A stretch of DNA of 64,000 nucleotides. It comes from Camelus ferus. Lineage: Eukaryota. Of this stretch, positions 26,921-42,339 are shown one piece after another; positions within the stretch are counted from its first letter, which is position 1, and each line of letters begins with the position of its first letter. The notes below the pieces were generated by a model. It was not told the DNA's origin and made no database searches. It saw nothing but the letters and a program-made list of their open reading frames with translations. The stretch lies in the NCBI RefSeq assembly GCF_009834535.1, contig NC_045697.1, positions 92,134,001 through 92,198,000 on the forward strand, read 5' to 3'. The position numbers and the translations under genes were made by a program.

Positions 26921-29019
26921 TCCTGTGCTTGATGCTGTGTTCTTCCCAGCTACCCTGACCCTGACCTCCAGCCCTGGCCTCTTCATTCATCCATTGTCAG
27001 TGATTTCCAAAGGGCACCTTTCGTTATTTTTGGCTGAATTTTAGATATTAAAATGCTTTCATTTCTTATATTGCCATTAACTTGCTGTTCTGCATTTACC
27101 TGTGCTAATTATCTTATTATTCACATCCTGAAGTTGACCTTTCTGAGGGTCACAGTCCTAATCTTATCTTTTTGTTATTTTCTTTTATTCAGATGTAGTA
27201 ATCAAGTATTCTGTATTGAACTTCCAACATTTAATTGATGTGCTAGAGTCATTATCCTCTTTCTATTATATTTGTTCAAATGATAGAAAGTAGAATTAGA
27301 AATTGAGAGACTAATATTGATAATATTGACTGAGCAATTCTTCAAAGAACATCATATATATTCTATACAACTATATTAATTCCTGAATTAAGATTTTAAG
27401 TTTAAGAATCATCATTAATATGCTATAAAGAATAACATTTGTGAAGAAATGAAGTAAAAGAGCCTGAATGAACACTTAGTCCAGCTTTTTGGGGTAGTAT
27501 TCTCATAATTATTTGATATAATATCATGTGTTAGTACTGTTAAATAGATTCAATAATTTTAATTTGCTCTCTAGTTCCTAGTTTTATTGTAAATGTGGAA
27601 TTGGCAAATGAGGCTTTAAACACAAATTCAAAGAAAAAATTCTGAAACATTTATTCAAACATGTATCCCCACTCATGACATGGTATTCCTTAAATCATTA
27701 TTGCTGTAGCCAATATCTTAAACAAACAAACAAACAAACAAACAACAAACACTTGCAGTTTAAGTCTAGGGACTGCATGAACCGCTAAATTTATGAGATC
27801 TGACTTTCATGAAAAGGACCTAAGATAATTCAAAGTAATATTCATTTTTTCAAATAACAGTAACAAGGAAGTGTAGCAAATGTTACCAATCCCAGTACAC
27901 CTCATAGAGATAGACTTACTTGCCTGCTTTGTTTGGGGAGAGAAGAAGACATAAAAAGGAAGGGAGACCAGATGAGTGCTTTTGCTGCAATTAGTGGTGA
28001 TGCATGTGGTGAACTAAGTATCCATGACTAATCGAGATGGACAGGGCTGTCCCTTGCTAATCACGGAAGATATTGGCCTGTCCATAGGAGAAAGGAGTGA
28101 TTATATCAAAAAGAACAGTCAGCTATTACCAGGGAAAACTCTGTCAGGACTTTCTATGAATGATAAAAGAAAAGGACAGAGATGAAATTAAAAGCAGTAT
28201 TAACTATCCTTAAATAAGAAGGCATTTTTATGTGCTCGGTACTGCACTGAAAAGGATACTTTTTTTTTTAACAAGATGTATTTTTTTAAAGGAACACACT
28301 ACTGTATTAAGTCTTGAAATTTATGGTCATAAAAATGAATTTAGTCATTGTTTCTTACAGTAATGTAAAACACTTAAAATTTATCATTATTTAATATTTT
28401 CTAAATAATCTTTAAGTGCTCATTATAACCCAGTACCAAATCATGTGCAGAACAAAGGATGAAGCCAACTGAAGCAGGTGGGTTGGATTTTTGTGGTGTG
28501 GTAATACAGTTCTGTTTTGTTTCCAGTCTGCTATTACTTATGTAAACAGGCAATTAAACCTTAGTTTATAACTCATAAATGATTCTTTTCTTCCAAGCAC
28601 AGGCTTAACTTTTAAGTTTTGTTGTTGCTGCTGAGGCTTCTGCTTGGATGCCATCTCTAGGATTTAGCAAATACTCCTTTTCAGGAATCAGTAGTTAGAA
28701 ACTACCGTTTTATGGACTGTCACTGAATAACCTCTGTTCTCTCATTATTGGAGTCTTTGGAAATTTTCCCTTTTCCCAGATCATTGCTTAAATCTAATCA
28801 AAAAATTAAAAAATAATTTTTCATAAAAGTTCAGTTGTTTATAAAGATGTATATTTTCAAATTTTAGAGCTCCAATAAATGAATATTATTAGTGAAAACA
28901 TTATGTTACAGTGAGTGAAAAATTCAAAAGAATTTTGGGGAAAAATTGTTTTATTCCTTCCTATAGAATACACACACAATAACTTCAGTAGAAAACTAAA
29001 TACAGAGTCAATGTAATAT

Positions 29020-29255
29020 TAACAATAAAAATACATATGTGCCAGGCATTGTTGTAAATATTTGTATATATGTATGTATTAACTGAACCCTCATATCAAC
29101 TCTATAGTGGATTCTGTTTTTATCCTTGTTTTACACACATGGTAACTGAGACACAGGGAATTCAGGCACTTTCTTAAGATCATACAGCTAATATGATAGA
29201 ACAAGAATTTAGATCTATATATTCTGACTCCAAAGTCCATAAGTTTCATTACCAA
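29020..29255 (-). mobile_element. MIR SINE
   Basis: atgtgccaggcattgtt..aactgagacacagg..aagatcatacagcta..tctgactccaaagtcc. Confidence 0.8.
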
Positions 29256-30109
29256 AATATTTTCCCTCTCTGTAAATGCAGTTACAAAGTTCTGTGACCA
29301 GAATTTTGACTTAGTAGGGTAGGACAAGCATGAGTTAGATTGCCATGGAATAAATAGAAGGAATGTGTGTATCCTTAGATTTTTTTTTTCTTTCAATGAT
29401 TGCTGTAGCTCAGCTCCAAAGAGAGGACTCTAGAGACCAGGCATAGATTTTTGGTTGCCTGATACAACTTTGTCTTAAGCCACAAAGGGATTAATAGAAA
29501 TTGAGATCCTCAGCTAGCTGAAACCAAAATTCCTATGAGTGTTTACTTAATTGACTTACTGCATTTATTCAATTCTAAGACATCATCAATTTTAGAACAA
29601 TTTCTGGATGTAGAGAGGGCTTACCTGAAATACTAGGAACTCACTAAATCTAACATAGAAGCAAATTTTGGAAATGAGAAACACAATACTGCTAATCAAC
29701 AGACAATGCACATGATTATAGTTTGTTGGTGAGTTAATGATCTCAGAGGGTTGTCCATGAATGTGACCAAAATCATTTTGGAAAAGGTGGGGCAAGAATA
29801 AGTTCTATAAACTTTCTTGAGATTGACTGCTGAAAACTTGATCTTATGAAAGTTTATTTTTCCAACTTTTTCTGACCTTAAAGGATAGTTTTTCCTCCAC
29901 ACTTACATTACTCCAACAACATTCTCCTTAACTATCTTTATATACCTTAAAAACTCCCTGAATATACCATGAAGATTCACTGGGCACAAGCTACAACATA
30001 ATTACAAAGTTCAGGATGTTCTGAAGATCAGTTCAGTTGTTTTATCATCCACAGATTCATGTTTTGATACCAAAAAGACCTTCAGTTTCCTACCCCTATT
30101 TGAGATAAA

Positions 30110-30742
30110 TATATCTCAAATCCTGCTGTTTCTCCCCACCCTCGTTTTTACCCTCTTTGCTCAGGTGACCACCATCCCTTGTCTGGAATGCTGCAATAGC
30201 TTCCTAACTGGTCTCCTTACTTTTCTTATCTGCCTTTCTTATCTTTTCCCCCCCCTGCATTTAATGCCATCTTTCTAAAGCAGAAATGCAGTATCTCTGT
30301 TTAACGTCTTTTCATGCTTCACAATTTTGCTTAGTGAAAAAATCAGGAACTTTTTTATGTCTCTAATATTCTATCTCAGCACAAGTGCCCTTGTTTCTAG
30401 GATTTTGATTAGAAAACTCTTCTGCTCCTCATCTCTAGCCTGTTTTCCTGCCACCTGGCCAATTCCCGATTCCTCCTCCAAGTTCGGTTTGGCTGTCTCT
30501 TTCTATAAGACTTGTTCCCTTTCGACTAATGTAGGTATTCCTCCTTTGTGCTTCCAGGTACTCTGTACTTATTTCTTTCTTATTTAAAATGTTCAGAAGG
30601 TTGTGAAATCCCCTGCCTCTTTCAACAGAGGATAAACTCCTTAAAGTCAGTGTCCACATCTTGTTCATGGTTATATCTCTGGTGTTGAGCCCAATGCCTG
30701 GCACAGAGTAGGTGATCATGTGGATTTGGTAAATTGAAAGTG
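30110..30742 (+). mobile_element. L2 3' part
   Basis: ctgcaatagcttcctaactggtctcc..aatgcctggcacagagtagg. Confidence 0.8.
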
Positions 30743-32494
30743 ATTTGACATTACTCCATAGTCATTTTTCTCAGTTCTCTTGGATAAAGAGGACACACAG
30801 TCATCAACTTTGATGGTTTTCTAGACATAAAGCCTGGGTTTATCCTGAAATAACCCAGAGAGTGTCTGATATATTAAGCTGATTACTGTGTCTCCCTCAC
30901 TCAGAAATCTTCCTGATCCAGCTCTCCAGAGATGTGTAGCCTGTCTTTAAGCCATCCTTCTCCTGCTTTTAGCTCCCCTTATCCTTGGGGTTCACCTTCT
31001 GACTCATCTTGCTTCTTCCTGCTGACATAGACACATCCATATGTACTGAAACTTTTTCTCTAAATACTGCTCTGCGTTTTGGTCAAAATCTGGGCCATCA
31101 AAAATTTCCACATATAAATCCTCTTATGTAACATAAATACAAACAGATGTAAAGCAAAAGATTTTATGCAAATACATATATATTCGGGGAAGGACATGTA
31201 ATCTCAGGATTGGCAGTTACAGGAAAGGTTGTGTGTGACTGGTGATTAGGCAGTAAGGACTGCAGGCAGAGATCTTAGCACGTGTAGCTGCCATTTCAGA
31301 TACCTTAAAATTTAACAACTCTCCCAGAGCGTCCATGAGTTTTTACCAAAGATAAGTGAATTCAAAGGAAAAGACTGCAAAAGCTCAAATGTCTGAATTG
31401 TACTTTTATTTTAAACACCGATTTAACAAGATTTTTAAAAATAAAACTAAGTAGGCTCTGTTACACTCCAACTCATAGAAAGGTCTTATACTGATGCTCT
31501 TGTAAGTGAGATAAGTAAGAGGTAAGGTTGTGATTCTATACAGGTAGTTTTTTTCCTTCTGTGGCATTGGTAGCTGCTTCATCTCCCCCAAGATAGACTT
31601 GAGTAAGTGACATTTCAAGAAGCCACCAGAAGACAGATAACAGCATCTGACTACTTTAGGGTTAATCGTTAGCAACATGGTTGTACTAGTGACATTGTTT
31701 ATAGTGTTCAATTAAATGCCAATTTAATGACAGCACTTTTAAACAGCACTGCTGAGCTTTTATATAGTTCCAGCCCAGAGGATTGACCAGCTGTCCACCC
31801 TTGCTGACCCACCACATGCCTTTCTTTCCGTGTTTCAAGGATGTAGGTAATTGCTAGTCCCGATGAAGACTCAAACAAGCTCTTGTCTTGATGTATCCAC
31901 GACAGGAAATGAATAGGCACTCTTCACAGTGCCAAGTACCCAACAGAAAACTGGGTTTGCGTATTAATACGGTAGGAATTTTGCTTCATGAAGCCTTGGC
32001 TGGATATTTCACTTTGCATTTGCCGCTTTTCATTATACTGTGCACTTTGAGAGGAATGATGGCTGCATTACCACCAACTAAGCAGGTGCAGGGTTATCTT
32101 TTCCACCCAACCAATTCACTTGAGCTTTTGGAAATAGGGTTTTCAGACCTGAAAAGTATTCCCATTCTAAGAGTGAGAGTGAACAAACTGACCAAGGGCT
32201 AATATTCAGCTATGAGGAGACTGCCAGCCCCTGATAATTTGCATCTAAAGAAACCAATTTGAACCAAAGTGCTGCCACTGAAAATGTGTCATTTACTAAT
32301 AGATGTCTATAAATATATGATGTTTTGCCCATTCAGATATTCTCAGGTGAAAGAAAATAAAGTTAAGGTCATTTTCATCCCACTGCCTCACTAGCTACTT
32401 GTTTAGATATATTTTACAGATGACCCCCAATGGGCATCAAACTTGAAGATATCAATCCTGTTTCCCATCTTACTCCTTTTAAACAATACAGTAG

Positions 32495-32760
32495 ATAAGA
32501 GCTTACCATGTGCCAAGCTTGTTTTTCCTCATGATGCAAATATGCAGGAGATAGTCTCCATTTCTGAGGACTTCACAGTCTAGCAGGAACAGCAGAGAAA
32601 TAAATAGGAAAATAAAATGTAGAGTGCATACGACTGTGTTGAAAGTGTATGTATTACACTGGGCACTATAAAGGAGAGATATTTCTGTCAAAACACAGAA
32701 AAAAAAGTAAAGAAACTACCTACAGAAAAAAGATGGGTTGAAGCACCAAGCTGAGGTGCT
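32495..32760 (-). mobile_element. L2 3' end
   Basis: cttaccatgtgccaagc..gaggacttcacagtctagc. Confidence 0.6.
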
Positions 32761-35700
32761 TTCAGCTCTTAGTTTATATAACTATATCATCAACTTCTAG
32801 AATTTAAGTTTTAACTATAGCACTCATCACCTACAGGGAAAATCTCTCTGAAAGTATAATATCAACTTGAGTAATGTGAAGATTAAATATCTTCTTTGAA
32901 CTCCTTAATACAGCATACAGCAACAACTGACATTCAGCAATTGTAAACATGCTATATAATTAACCAGGAATTATTATTAATGGAAGGTGATCAAACATTT
33001 TTATTAAAAATACATTCTTTTTATTAAGAATCTGTGTCTATATTTACATCAAGAAAAACAGACAGAAAGACAGAGAGGGAGAGGGTCATATATTATATGA
33101 TACATCAGAAATTAATACTATAGGAGACCTCTCTAGGAATCCTATTTTAAAGCAAATCACATTTTGAGAAATTCTAATTTAACTAAAGTATAAGAAGAGG
33201 CAAATTGTATTTCAACACACTAGTTTATGATGGATACACCTTTGTTTCCTATCACTTCTAGCTATTCAAGTGAGAATTTAATTAAATGTTTTTTACTTGA
33301 ATAAATAATCTGATAAAACAAGATCAGCGATGGCTAGTGACTGGAGGGTACTGTCTTTGGTGATTGATGGCCCTGCAAATGCAATGCTGAATCTTATTTT
33401 ATGTTGTATTCTGACCCTTAAATAGTGTTTGATCTCAAGGAACGCCAGTCTGAATTAGAACATTAAATCAGAATTTGGGGGGTGGAGCATAGTTATCTGG
33501 TTATTTTTCCTCTTGGGTTTCAGGAGTTTTCTGTTTCATTTACATGTAGGAAATTAATTAGATGTTTTACTAAAGTGCATTTAAGTTTTTTAGTAGCTGC
33601 AGCTTAAAATATTTGGGAGGGGTTCTTTTAGCTAAAAGAATACAAAATTGTCCCACATTTATTAATGCTACAAGCATTCTTGCTAAATACCCTTCCAAGA
33701 TCTTGAAAGGGGCTCATGTAAATGAGTGGCTCTGAAGGCTCAGCATCGTCAGTTTCATAATAAATCAGCCTCTGGGACTGGGGATTAACATGTAATGTAT
33801 CACAATTTTTCCCCTTGCCACGTAATAGGAAACAGGTTCCCAGCTAGCATTTTGTCACATAATGTCTGATTTGCAAGAAAATATAACTAGCTGATATTAG
33901 CGGAATATTTCTAAGACAAACTATATAGGAAAAAAAAAATCAAGTTAATAGGAAGAAAAAACTTCAAATAATCATAGCCACAACATCCTCTTTAGTTCTT
34001 TGTTACTTGATTCAGTAAGTCTCTGCCAATTCTCTTTTTATTTGGACTCATTTGCTATTACTAAGTGCTTCAGCCCTTGGATTCTCAATTTAATCAAACC
34101 TGTTGCACTTGTAAGGGACAATTACAAGGCAATTTTATTTTTATTTCCCATTGTCCTTAAAATATACTGTGTGAAGTTATTTGTTCCCCAGCCCCTGGAT
34201 CAAAACTCAAGCAGATTCTGTGGGACTTTTCTCATTATTCTGAAGTGATAAATGTTCTCTTTTTCCTTTGAGTTATAAATTAAGGTGTCCAGTTTTATGT
34301 AAAATAAAGCCTTCAAAGGTGAGTTCTAGTTTATCTTCTCCTTCCTCACTTAGTCCCTCTGGTCCTTTCCCCGTCTCACCATGGCTATTTTCTGACCTCT
34401 TCCAAAATTTGAGGATGGGGGCAGAAGAACTGATTAGAGAGCAGAAACATTCTGAACTGACTGATACTCCTATGATGATCTAATAATGGCCTTTTCTCCT
34501 CCATCCCTGAGGTTTTCTCAACTGCATTTCTCTGGACAGAGTAAAAGAATCTCTCTCCCACTTGGTCACTTACTCCTTTCTCACCCTTGCACACCCCTCT
34601 ACTTCTTTTTTACTGTAGGTATTTTGTCCTCCAAAGAAGCCGTATCAAACAGGATCTAAGATGATCCCATGGCGGTTCTACAGTCTGGTCCATGGGAAAC
34701 AGTCATACATTCTTTGCCCCAACATACTCTGCCTCCGCACGGTTGCTCCTCTTTATGTTCTGCTTCAAATAGGAAGTCAGCTCGCCTTTTGCCATATATA
34801 TTTCCTGGGCAAAAGTCAGAAACCAGACTACTGCATCCCCAAACTGCAGGGCACGTTTAAAATTCTCCAGATGTCAAAGAATGAAGCACCACCCCCACCA
34901 TTCCTCCCTCTTACAGGGTAGTGGAGGGTAGGACTCATGAACAGATCAGCAACTCATTACAAGCAGAAATTACCTCTCCGATATTTACATCATCAGTGTT
35001 GGTAAATGGTTTTATAGGTTACATGTCTTGTTTCCTACCATCTTCTCTGAAATATGTGTATCCTGAACTGGAAACTTACTTGAAATCTGTTTCAATATCA
35101 CAGTACTTTATTCAAAACATCCATAAGAATTGAAGAATTAAAACACTTTTTGCAAACCTTGATATTTTCAGCATGGCATCTTTTAGTCTTTGCATGATAA
35201 GGAAATGAGATACAGTATTTGCAGTGGTTCCTCCTCTAACATGGTACAGTGAGTCATCTGTTTAAAAGGATACTGAATGTTTTAGTTTGTAATGTCCTTA
35301 GTTATTTTTCCTTAACCAGTGTTAATCATAGTTACATAGATATTATGAGGCTATATTCTTTCGTATACATGACATATGCCATTGGCATTTAGCCTAAATC
35401 TGGATTAAAAGGGCAAAAATGTCTGAAGGAGAGATACTGTTCATTTAACTGGTAAGAGACATGTAAGATTCAAATGTTTTATCCAGTTTTGTTTGCATTT
35501 TTCCTGTTGTAATAAAGTTAACCATTTTGGCTTACTATAAAATATAAGTATATCTTAAGGACAGTTGTGTCAAATATTTTGAATAACATGATTACTGGGA
35601 TCTTAATAATGGATGTGTGTATATATATGTATACATATATATGTATATATACATATATATAAAGTGTAAATACATACATAAGATTCCTTCCTTAGAAATA

Positions 35701-38084
35701 GCACAGCAGAAGAGCCAAGAAGCTAAAAGGAAATAAACTAACAAATGACAACCTAAAATAATAAAAAAGTAGGAGCTAAGGAAAGAAGAATGGGTTACAG
35801 GTAATATGAGAAGATACTTTTTAACTCACAAAAATTTATTAGTATCCACTATTTCCCTGTAACAGAAACTGAATAAAGTTAGTTTGCATATTGTTTGTTT
35901 ACTTAATCTCCTTTTGTAGATAAACTGAAATTTTAAATAGTTGCATGATTATAAATTAGAAATGGCTTAAAATTTTTTAAAATAACATTTTTCTGAGAAG
36001 GGAAAACTGTACATTTTTATAGAACAGTGATTTTTTTTTTATTCCAGTGCATTCTACTCAGTCTCTTAAGCACAGACTAGATGAAGTTTCACTTTTTAAA
36101 TACCAGGTTTTTGTTTTTTTTTTTTTTTTTTTTTTTACAACAGCTGACAGTTTTAGGTAATAGTAGACTTACGGTGGAAATTTCTGCTTTCAAAAGAATT
36201 TCTTAGCAGTAAAAAAAAAAAAAAATGTTTTTTAATTCAGATTCAGGGCCTGCATGGATCAGGCAAAAATGCCACAGTTTTAGAATTTACTACCTGTGTA
36301 TAAAAGTGCTTTTATTCTGACTTTAATGTAGAGCTTTAATATAGTTAAACACCGTCTGGTAGCATTAGGTCTGTGCTATCCATACAGCGCTAATGAGTCC
36401 TGCTTTGCCCAAGTCATGTTTATAGTGTGCTAAATGGTTTTGGGCTGGGTTTTTTTTTTTTTTTTTTTTTCAAGTTTGTCCAACCCTAGTGCCTGCTGTG
36501 CTGATTGAGAAATAAAAATCTTTAATAAAATTGAGAAAATTGAGTTGAGGACTTGTTTAAATGGCTGTTTCACCTTATGTTGAAAACTCAGACTTAACTT
36601 TTCAATGAGCACGTTTCCTGAATTTCACCTTAGTCCTTGGGTGCATGTAACAGAATCCAGAGATGCAAACGATATACTTGCTGGTTTATTTGAGGCATTT
36701 CCCTCAGTTTATACTACATAGAATTATAATAATCCAACTTAATGAGTTTTGTATTGGCATTTGGATTAGTGTAACTAATAAATCCCAGTCCACTTACTTT
36801 CCAAAATCACTACTTAGCGTTCTTTAATTCACTGGCCTTATAGCATTTACAGATTCAGGGCCTTTTGAAATATAAGGAAAGGTAAAGGATTGTGATTCAA
36901 GTTCAACTATGAAATTTAGATCTACAGAATATTAATTTGGGAATAGTTTAATAATATCGTTCATTTTACAGGTAAGAAAATTGACGTGGTGCAGATAGAA
37001 CCAACAGGTGATTGGTGTTAGGGTAACTGTGCGTGCGCATCACTGGAACATAAACATCTCAGCCGCCGCTAATCCAGGGCTCTGCCAATAACAGTGAATC
37101 CAAGCATGAAGAGATAAGAGACAAATATCTTTCCAATCTTCCATCATCTGAAATTTACTTAAAACAAGTGTAAACTAATAAGTTATACTGCCTTAGGCAT
37201 GCTACTTTCATTCTTATTCATAAAAACACTTCACACATAGTAAATGCTTGATAAATATTTGTTGAAATGAATTAAATTTATTCAAGGATAAATATAGTGT
37301 AACACATCTTTCCAAGGCTTCACTGCATTAATATCAATTCATGAATTTCACTACTCAGTAGCAGTATTTGCCCTTTACCTAAAATCTCTGTTAATTCTGA
37401 GAGAACTCAAAGCATGTGGTCTCCTATGAGCTCAAGAAAATGTCATCTTGTCATCTTGTGTTGTTTTGCTCTGAATCAGAGGACCCTATTTCTGTCTCTG
37501 CTCTCTGCATGCATCATTTGAATACTGCCCTGCAGAGCGGTGATAGTGGCCACCTTGCCCTACCAAATGCCAAATATGCTCTATGATCAGGGATGGAGGT
37601 GGGGAGAAGGGATCTCTTTGCATTTCTGTGACTCTTCTCTTCCTGAAACTTGAAGCAGCACTGCTAGGTCACACCAGATAGTAAGTGGAAGAGCTAAGAT
37701 TTAAAGTTAGTCTGGCTGAGTCTCTGAGCTACTCCCCTTAACTGTGTGGAGTGTGGCAATGATGTTCCCTCCTATACATCTTCCTCCACGTTCTGGGGAT
37801 CGTGCCCAAAACATGTCTTTCTTCCATCTTCAGCCAAAGAATATTTGCACATAAATTTCTTAAATGGGTTGTTTGTAGAGGAATAGATGAGAGAAGAGCG
37901 TCCTCTAGCTTCATTTTCTAGAAGTGTCCCAGCTGTGCTCCAACTTCTAAATCAACTCATTGCAATAAATAGCAAGATATTTCATTCTGTGATATATATT
38001 TTGTACTTTCCCTTTGTATTTTTATACTTACTTATTGATCTAAGTCTTGTTTTGAAAAGCTACACAACACTATTCACTTGTTCA

Positions 38085-38578
38085 TTATATAGGACTTTTC
38101 TTTTGCAATGATGCTGCATTGTAAACAACTGTAAAAGGCCTGTGGCTTAAAACACTATTTCTTGCTCATGGGCTTCCAGGTCAGCTGTGGCCCTGCTGGG
38201 CTCTGCGGGGCTCTGCTGGCTCAGATGGGGTCAGCTGGGCTTGGATCCAGGCTGTACGTTGTGCTCAGGCATCCTCAATGTTTCTTCTCATTCCAGGACT
38301 ACTGGCTTTACTGGGTATTTTTCTCTCATGGCAGGTGACAAAGGTACAAGCAGCAAGAAACACCATTCAAGTATATTCAGTGCCTCTGCCTGCATCAAAT
38401 TCATTAGCATCCTACTAAGCAAACAAGTCACATGGCTTAGCCCAAAGTTAGCAAGGTAAGGATGGATATTCCCCCTCCTCTACTGGGAGACCCTGCAGAG
38501 TTATGATACAAAGGATTTGGATGTAATCCTATTACAGAGAAGGGGTGAAAAAATGAACAACAATCTATTTTACTACAG
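38085..38578 (-). mobile_element. MaLR LTR (MLT1F/G/H-like)
   Basis: gtggcttaaaacactattt..gctcatgg..ggtcagctg; gcaaacaagtcacatggc. Confidence 0.85.
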
Positions 38579-38603
38579 TTGGAAATAATGACAATGCGGA
38601 TAG

Positions 38604-38649
<46 letters not shown>

Positions 38650-38659
38650 TGATGATGAT
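38604..38659. repeat. (GAT)n microsatellite
   Basis: Read directly from the sequence; it explains the poly-Ile ORF 38437..38667. Confidence 0.97.
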
Positions 38660-39979
38660 ATAAGCAAGTTTTCTTCCCCCTAGTGTTTAACATTAAGCTA
38701 TATTCACCCTAAGGTGTTTTCTTTTTTTTTTTTTAACCATGGGGTTTTTATCCTTAATGGCCTAATAAGTTGGCCTTATAGGAAGCTTTTATTTTTCTTC
38801 TAATGAACAATTAAAGACCATTTTGGGGAAAAAAAAAGTTTCTCCCAAGCAAAGAGAGAAGTGCATAGAAGCAGATTTTAAAGAGGACCCAGGGCTTTCA
38901 GATGTGCTTTAAAGATACAACTTTCAAAAGAACATCTGGCCTAACTCCCAGGGGCTTATGCTTGAGTATTAGGGGAAGAGGACTGTGATCTCAAATGTGT
39001 TAATTTAGAAGCTCCTTTAGAAATATAGAGGCTTTGTACTTTGTTGCTTAGATAACAAGAGTATGTCACACCTTGGATGAAGATTCCTTCTTCCCGCTTT
39101 GCAGGCACCCCCCCAAACCCAGCAGTCTGAGAATGAAGCAGAAACATTCGACTAGAAGCAGGAGAGGACACCCTGATTCAGCAAGCATGGCTGACAGTAG
39201 GAAATCCCCAGTTTTGAGGTGCGGTGACTTAATGAGACACATCGAGGGAGGAGGGAAATGGAAGACCCGATGGTAAGTGAGAGAGATCTAGTTCTAGTAT
39301 GTACACAGACATTAGTTGAGAAGAAAATTCAGGGGAGAAATTTTACTGCTGCTGCAGGCTGTTTTCATCCAAGCTAGTGCGTCTGGAGGAATTACAGCAT
39401 CTGTTGTTTTTGCTATTATTGAGTATCATTATTATTCATATATTAAGTGTTTTTCCTCCAATGATGTAACAGAATAGCACACTCTGACAATTCTTTTATT
39501 CATGAAAGGAATATGTTTACCAGCTCATTTCCCTTTGCTTGGGCTAAGATAAAGAAAACAAAACTGGATCTATCTTAAGGAAACAAGGATGAATGATAGC
39601 TTATCAGATCAATAAAAAATTGTCACCATTTGGTTAAGAATATGCCCAATGGACAAAAATTTGCTTGGCACTTCTAAGTTTTTATGTTTCCATAATATGC
39701 TACATAAGTGCTAGAATTTATTTATTGCTATCAAGTTAGAGGAAAATGAAAATTATCTCATCAGTACTATAGAATTGTATTCCAATATGTTTCATCACCT
39801 GAGGGACATTCCTCAGGCTGTGAAACTCTCAATAAAATTGTAAACCTCATTGAATTGTCTCGCACTGAGTTGAATATCAATAAAACTACAATTTCATTGG
39901 CAAGTGCTAGCCAGCAAAAATGGGAATCACATTGATTTACATTATCATAGTTTAATATCCTTTAGCAGACCTTGTCCCC

Positions 39980-40820
39980 TAAGTTCACTCCTCAAATAAC
40001 TTTCTTCTATCTTTAAACTTACCCTTTCTATGGGACTTTCTTTCTCAGGAATCTCATCCATTTCCATGCTTTAAGCATCAATGAATCCTGAAATTGTATC
40101 TGTAGACCTGCATTTCAGCCTCTTTGGCAATCTGCCTTGGATATCTTACAAGGAACCAAAACTTGGCAGGTTAAAGAACAAATCCATTCATTTCCTTTCC
40201 TCAATATTTCCCCAAATGTGCTATTCCTCTTGACTTTTTCATTTCTGTAAATAGATCTGGTGTATTAAACTTGGACCTATTATCCCACTTTCTTTATATT
40301 TAATCAATGCAAATTCTATGTCTACAATGCATCAATATTTTATTCCCACATTTCCATTTTTAGTCCATTTCCTCTACTGCAGAGCCTCCTAATTCTTAAA
40401 TTCTTTGAAAAGTCCTTCTAAATGTAACACTGAAGTTCACTTTTCTTACTTTCTTAATTCATCTATAATGCCCCACTGCTAATCAGTCTCTCTAAGGTGC
40501 AGCCCCTCTGCTACTCCAAACCTTATCTTTGGGGTCCATTTCAAATACAATTAACTCCATTATGATTTTTTCCAGTGTCATAACCATATATAGTCTTTTG
40601 GTCATAGGAATTTCCTTGTAAATTTTACCCCTCAAAAATTGTCAGCCATGATTAATTCTTTTTGAAATGTGATCTGTTTTGTGTTTGTTCCTCCATTTTC
40701 TCCCACCAGACACAAAACTGAGTGTCTTCTGATGCTGAGGATGGTGAGTTATTCACCTTTCTATCCTAGGCTGTAATTTGCACATAAAGGATGAACAGTA
40801 AATGCTGCTAAATTTAATCA
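39980..40820 (+). mobile_element. L2 fragment
   Basis: atctcatccatttccatgcttt; tctgccttggatatctt; tctcccaccagac; degenerate tail. Confidence 0.6.
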
Positions 40821-42339
40821 GCAGCTTAATGCAGTCTCTTTGAATACACAATACTCTCTTGAATACACAAATAAATTTTCTAGCAAAAATAAGTATCATA
40901 TTTTTCTTCCAGTGGTTACACAATTGAAGAATTACCTAGAGCCACATCGATACCTGAGAACACAAATGCTCACAAATAACTATTGATATTCTTTTGCTTT
41001 GATTTATTGGAAAGCATTTTTTTGTTAGCCTGAACCAAGGAAAACTTTAAAGTCCTCTGTTAAAGTAAAGAGCTTGTTTAAAATATTGGGCCAGAGCTGG
41101 AAATACTGGACTAGAAATTCCTGCCATTGATAGACTTGGTATAAGGGCCTTACAATGAGATGCCATGTATCTTTCAACTGAATTGATTTGGATGGTTGTT
41201 GATACTGAAAATAATATATTTTGGGTAAAATTAAATGAGACATTCCAAGTTTGTCTTAAAATTCAGTAAAACCTTAATTTGCAGAAAGAAAAAATACAGA
41301 GTGATATATAATTTATATGGCTAATAATTCTTTAGCTAAGTATTACCCACATTTGCTGTTTTCTATTTCTCTTTATTATGCAGTCTAAACCAACTTGCAC
41401 GGTTTTCCCCTGATAGCTAACCTTGAACATGTGCTAAATCTTGCAAGTATATCTGTTATGAAAATAAAAATAAGTACAGTTCATTTAAGATGATCTCCTA
41501 TATTTTCTTGGCCATTTTTTGGATTGCATGATTCTGATAGTACATGCTCTCCCTCAGCTTCTGTTTCAAAAAATTGACGTTAAATATACCCTGAAGCTCT
41601 GGTGCTAAAACAGACAATTCAGCAATTAAAGAGACAGAAAATGGAGATAGTATATTTACTTTAACACTGCCTCCATTATTCTAAACACAGTAATAAAATA
41701 TTTTAGCAAGAGTTTCCAGATGCAATATGAATTTAATTTTCTTCTCAGAAAGGGGAACTTGTTCATAACTCACCAGAGAAGACTGGGCTTATAAGTTATT
41801 CAGTTCTTCTTATTGTGATAAAATTGGGGCACAGAAGTAATTTATTTTCTCTTTCCATGTAGTAGGTACACATAAAGCTAAATAACTGAAGTAAAAATTA
41901 ATATGGGTGAGTTACATATTGTTACTTTGGGAACTACAGAGTCTTGGTGGTTTCAGTAGTATAAATCAGAATCTCTCTCTGTTTGCACCTTTACACATGG
42001 TCATTTGTGAGTGGGCAGTGTGTGGACAGGGAGGCCAGGTAACAGGAAGCAATGTTTGTCCACCAGCAGTGAGGCTAAACATACCACTCACATGTGAGAC
42101 GTGCTTTTCAAGGGAGTTGTGCTACATCTTTGCTTTACTGACTGTGTAAGCCTAGTGCAGGGGGTTTGGAAGATACGGGTCACATCATCCTTAAAGGGCT
42201 GTTTTTGCCCAGAGTTGTCCTTTATCCATCACAAAATTGCAGCAGATATTTGGGAAACATTTCTATTTAGCCATTTCCATTGACACCAAGTTTAGGGTGA
42301 GTGGTATTGCTGAACATGTAGAGTTTAATTATGTTTTTA

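Noticed and set aside
37028..37040. NRF1-like TGTGCGTGCGCA motif
   Set aside because: Single imperfect motif in a degenerate MIR-like segment, with no CpG island.
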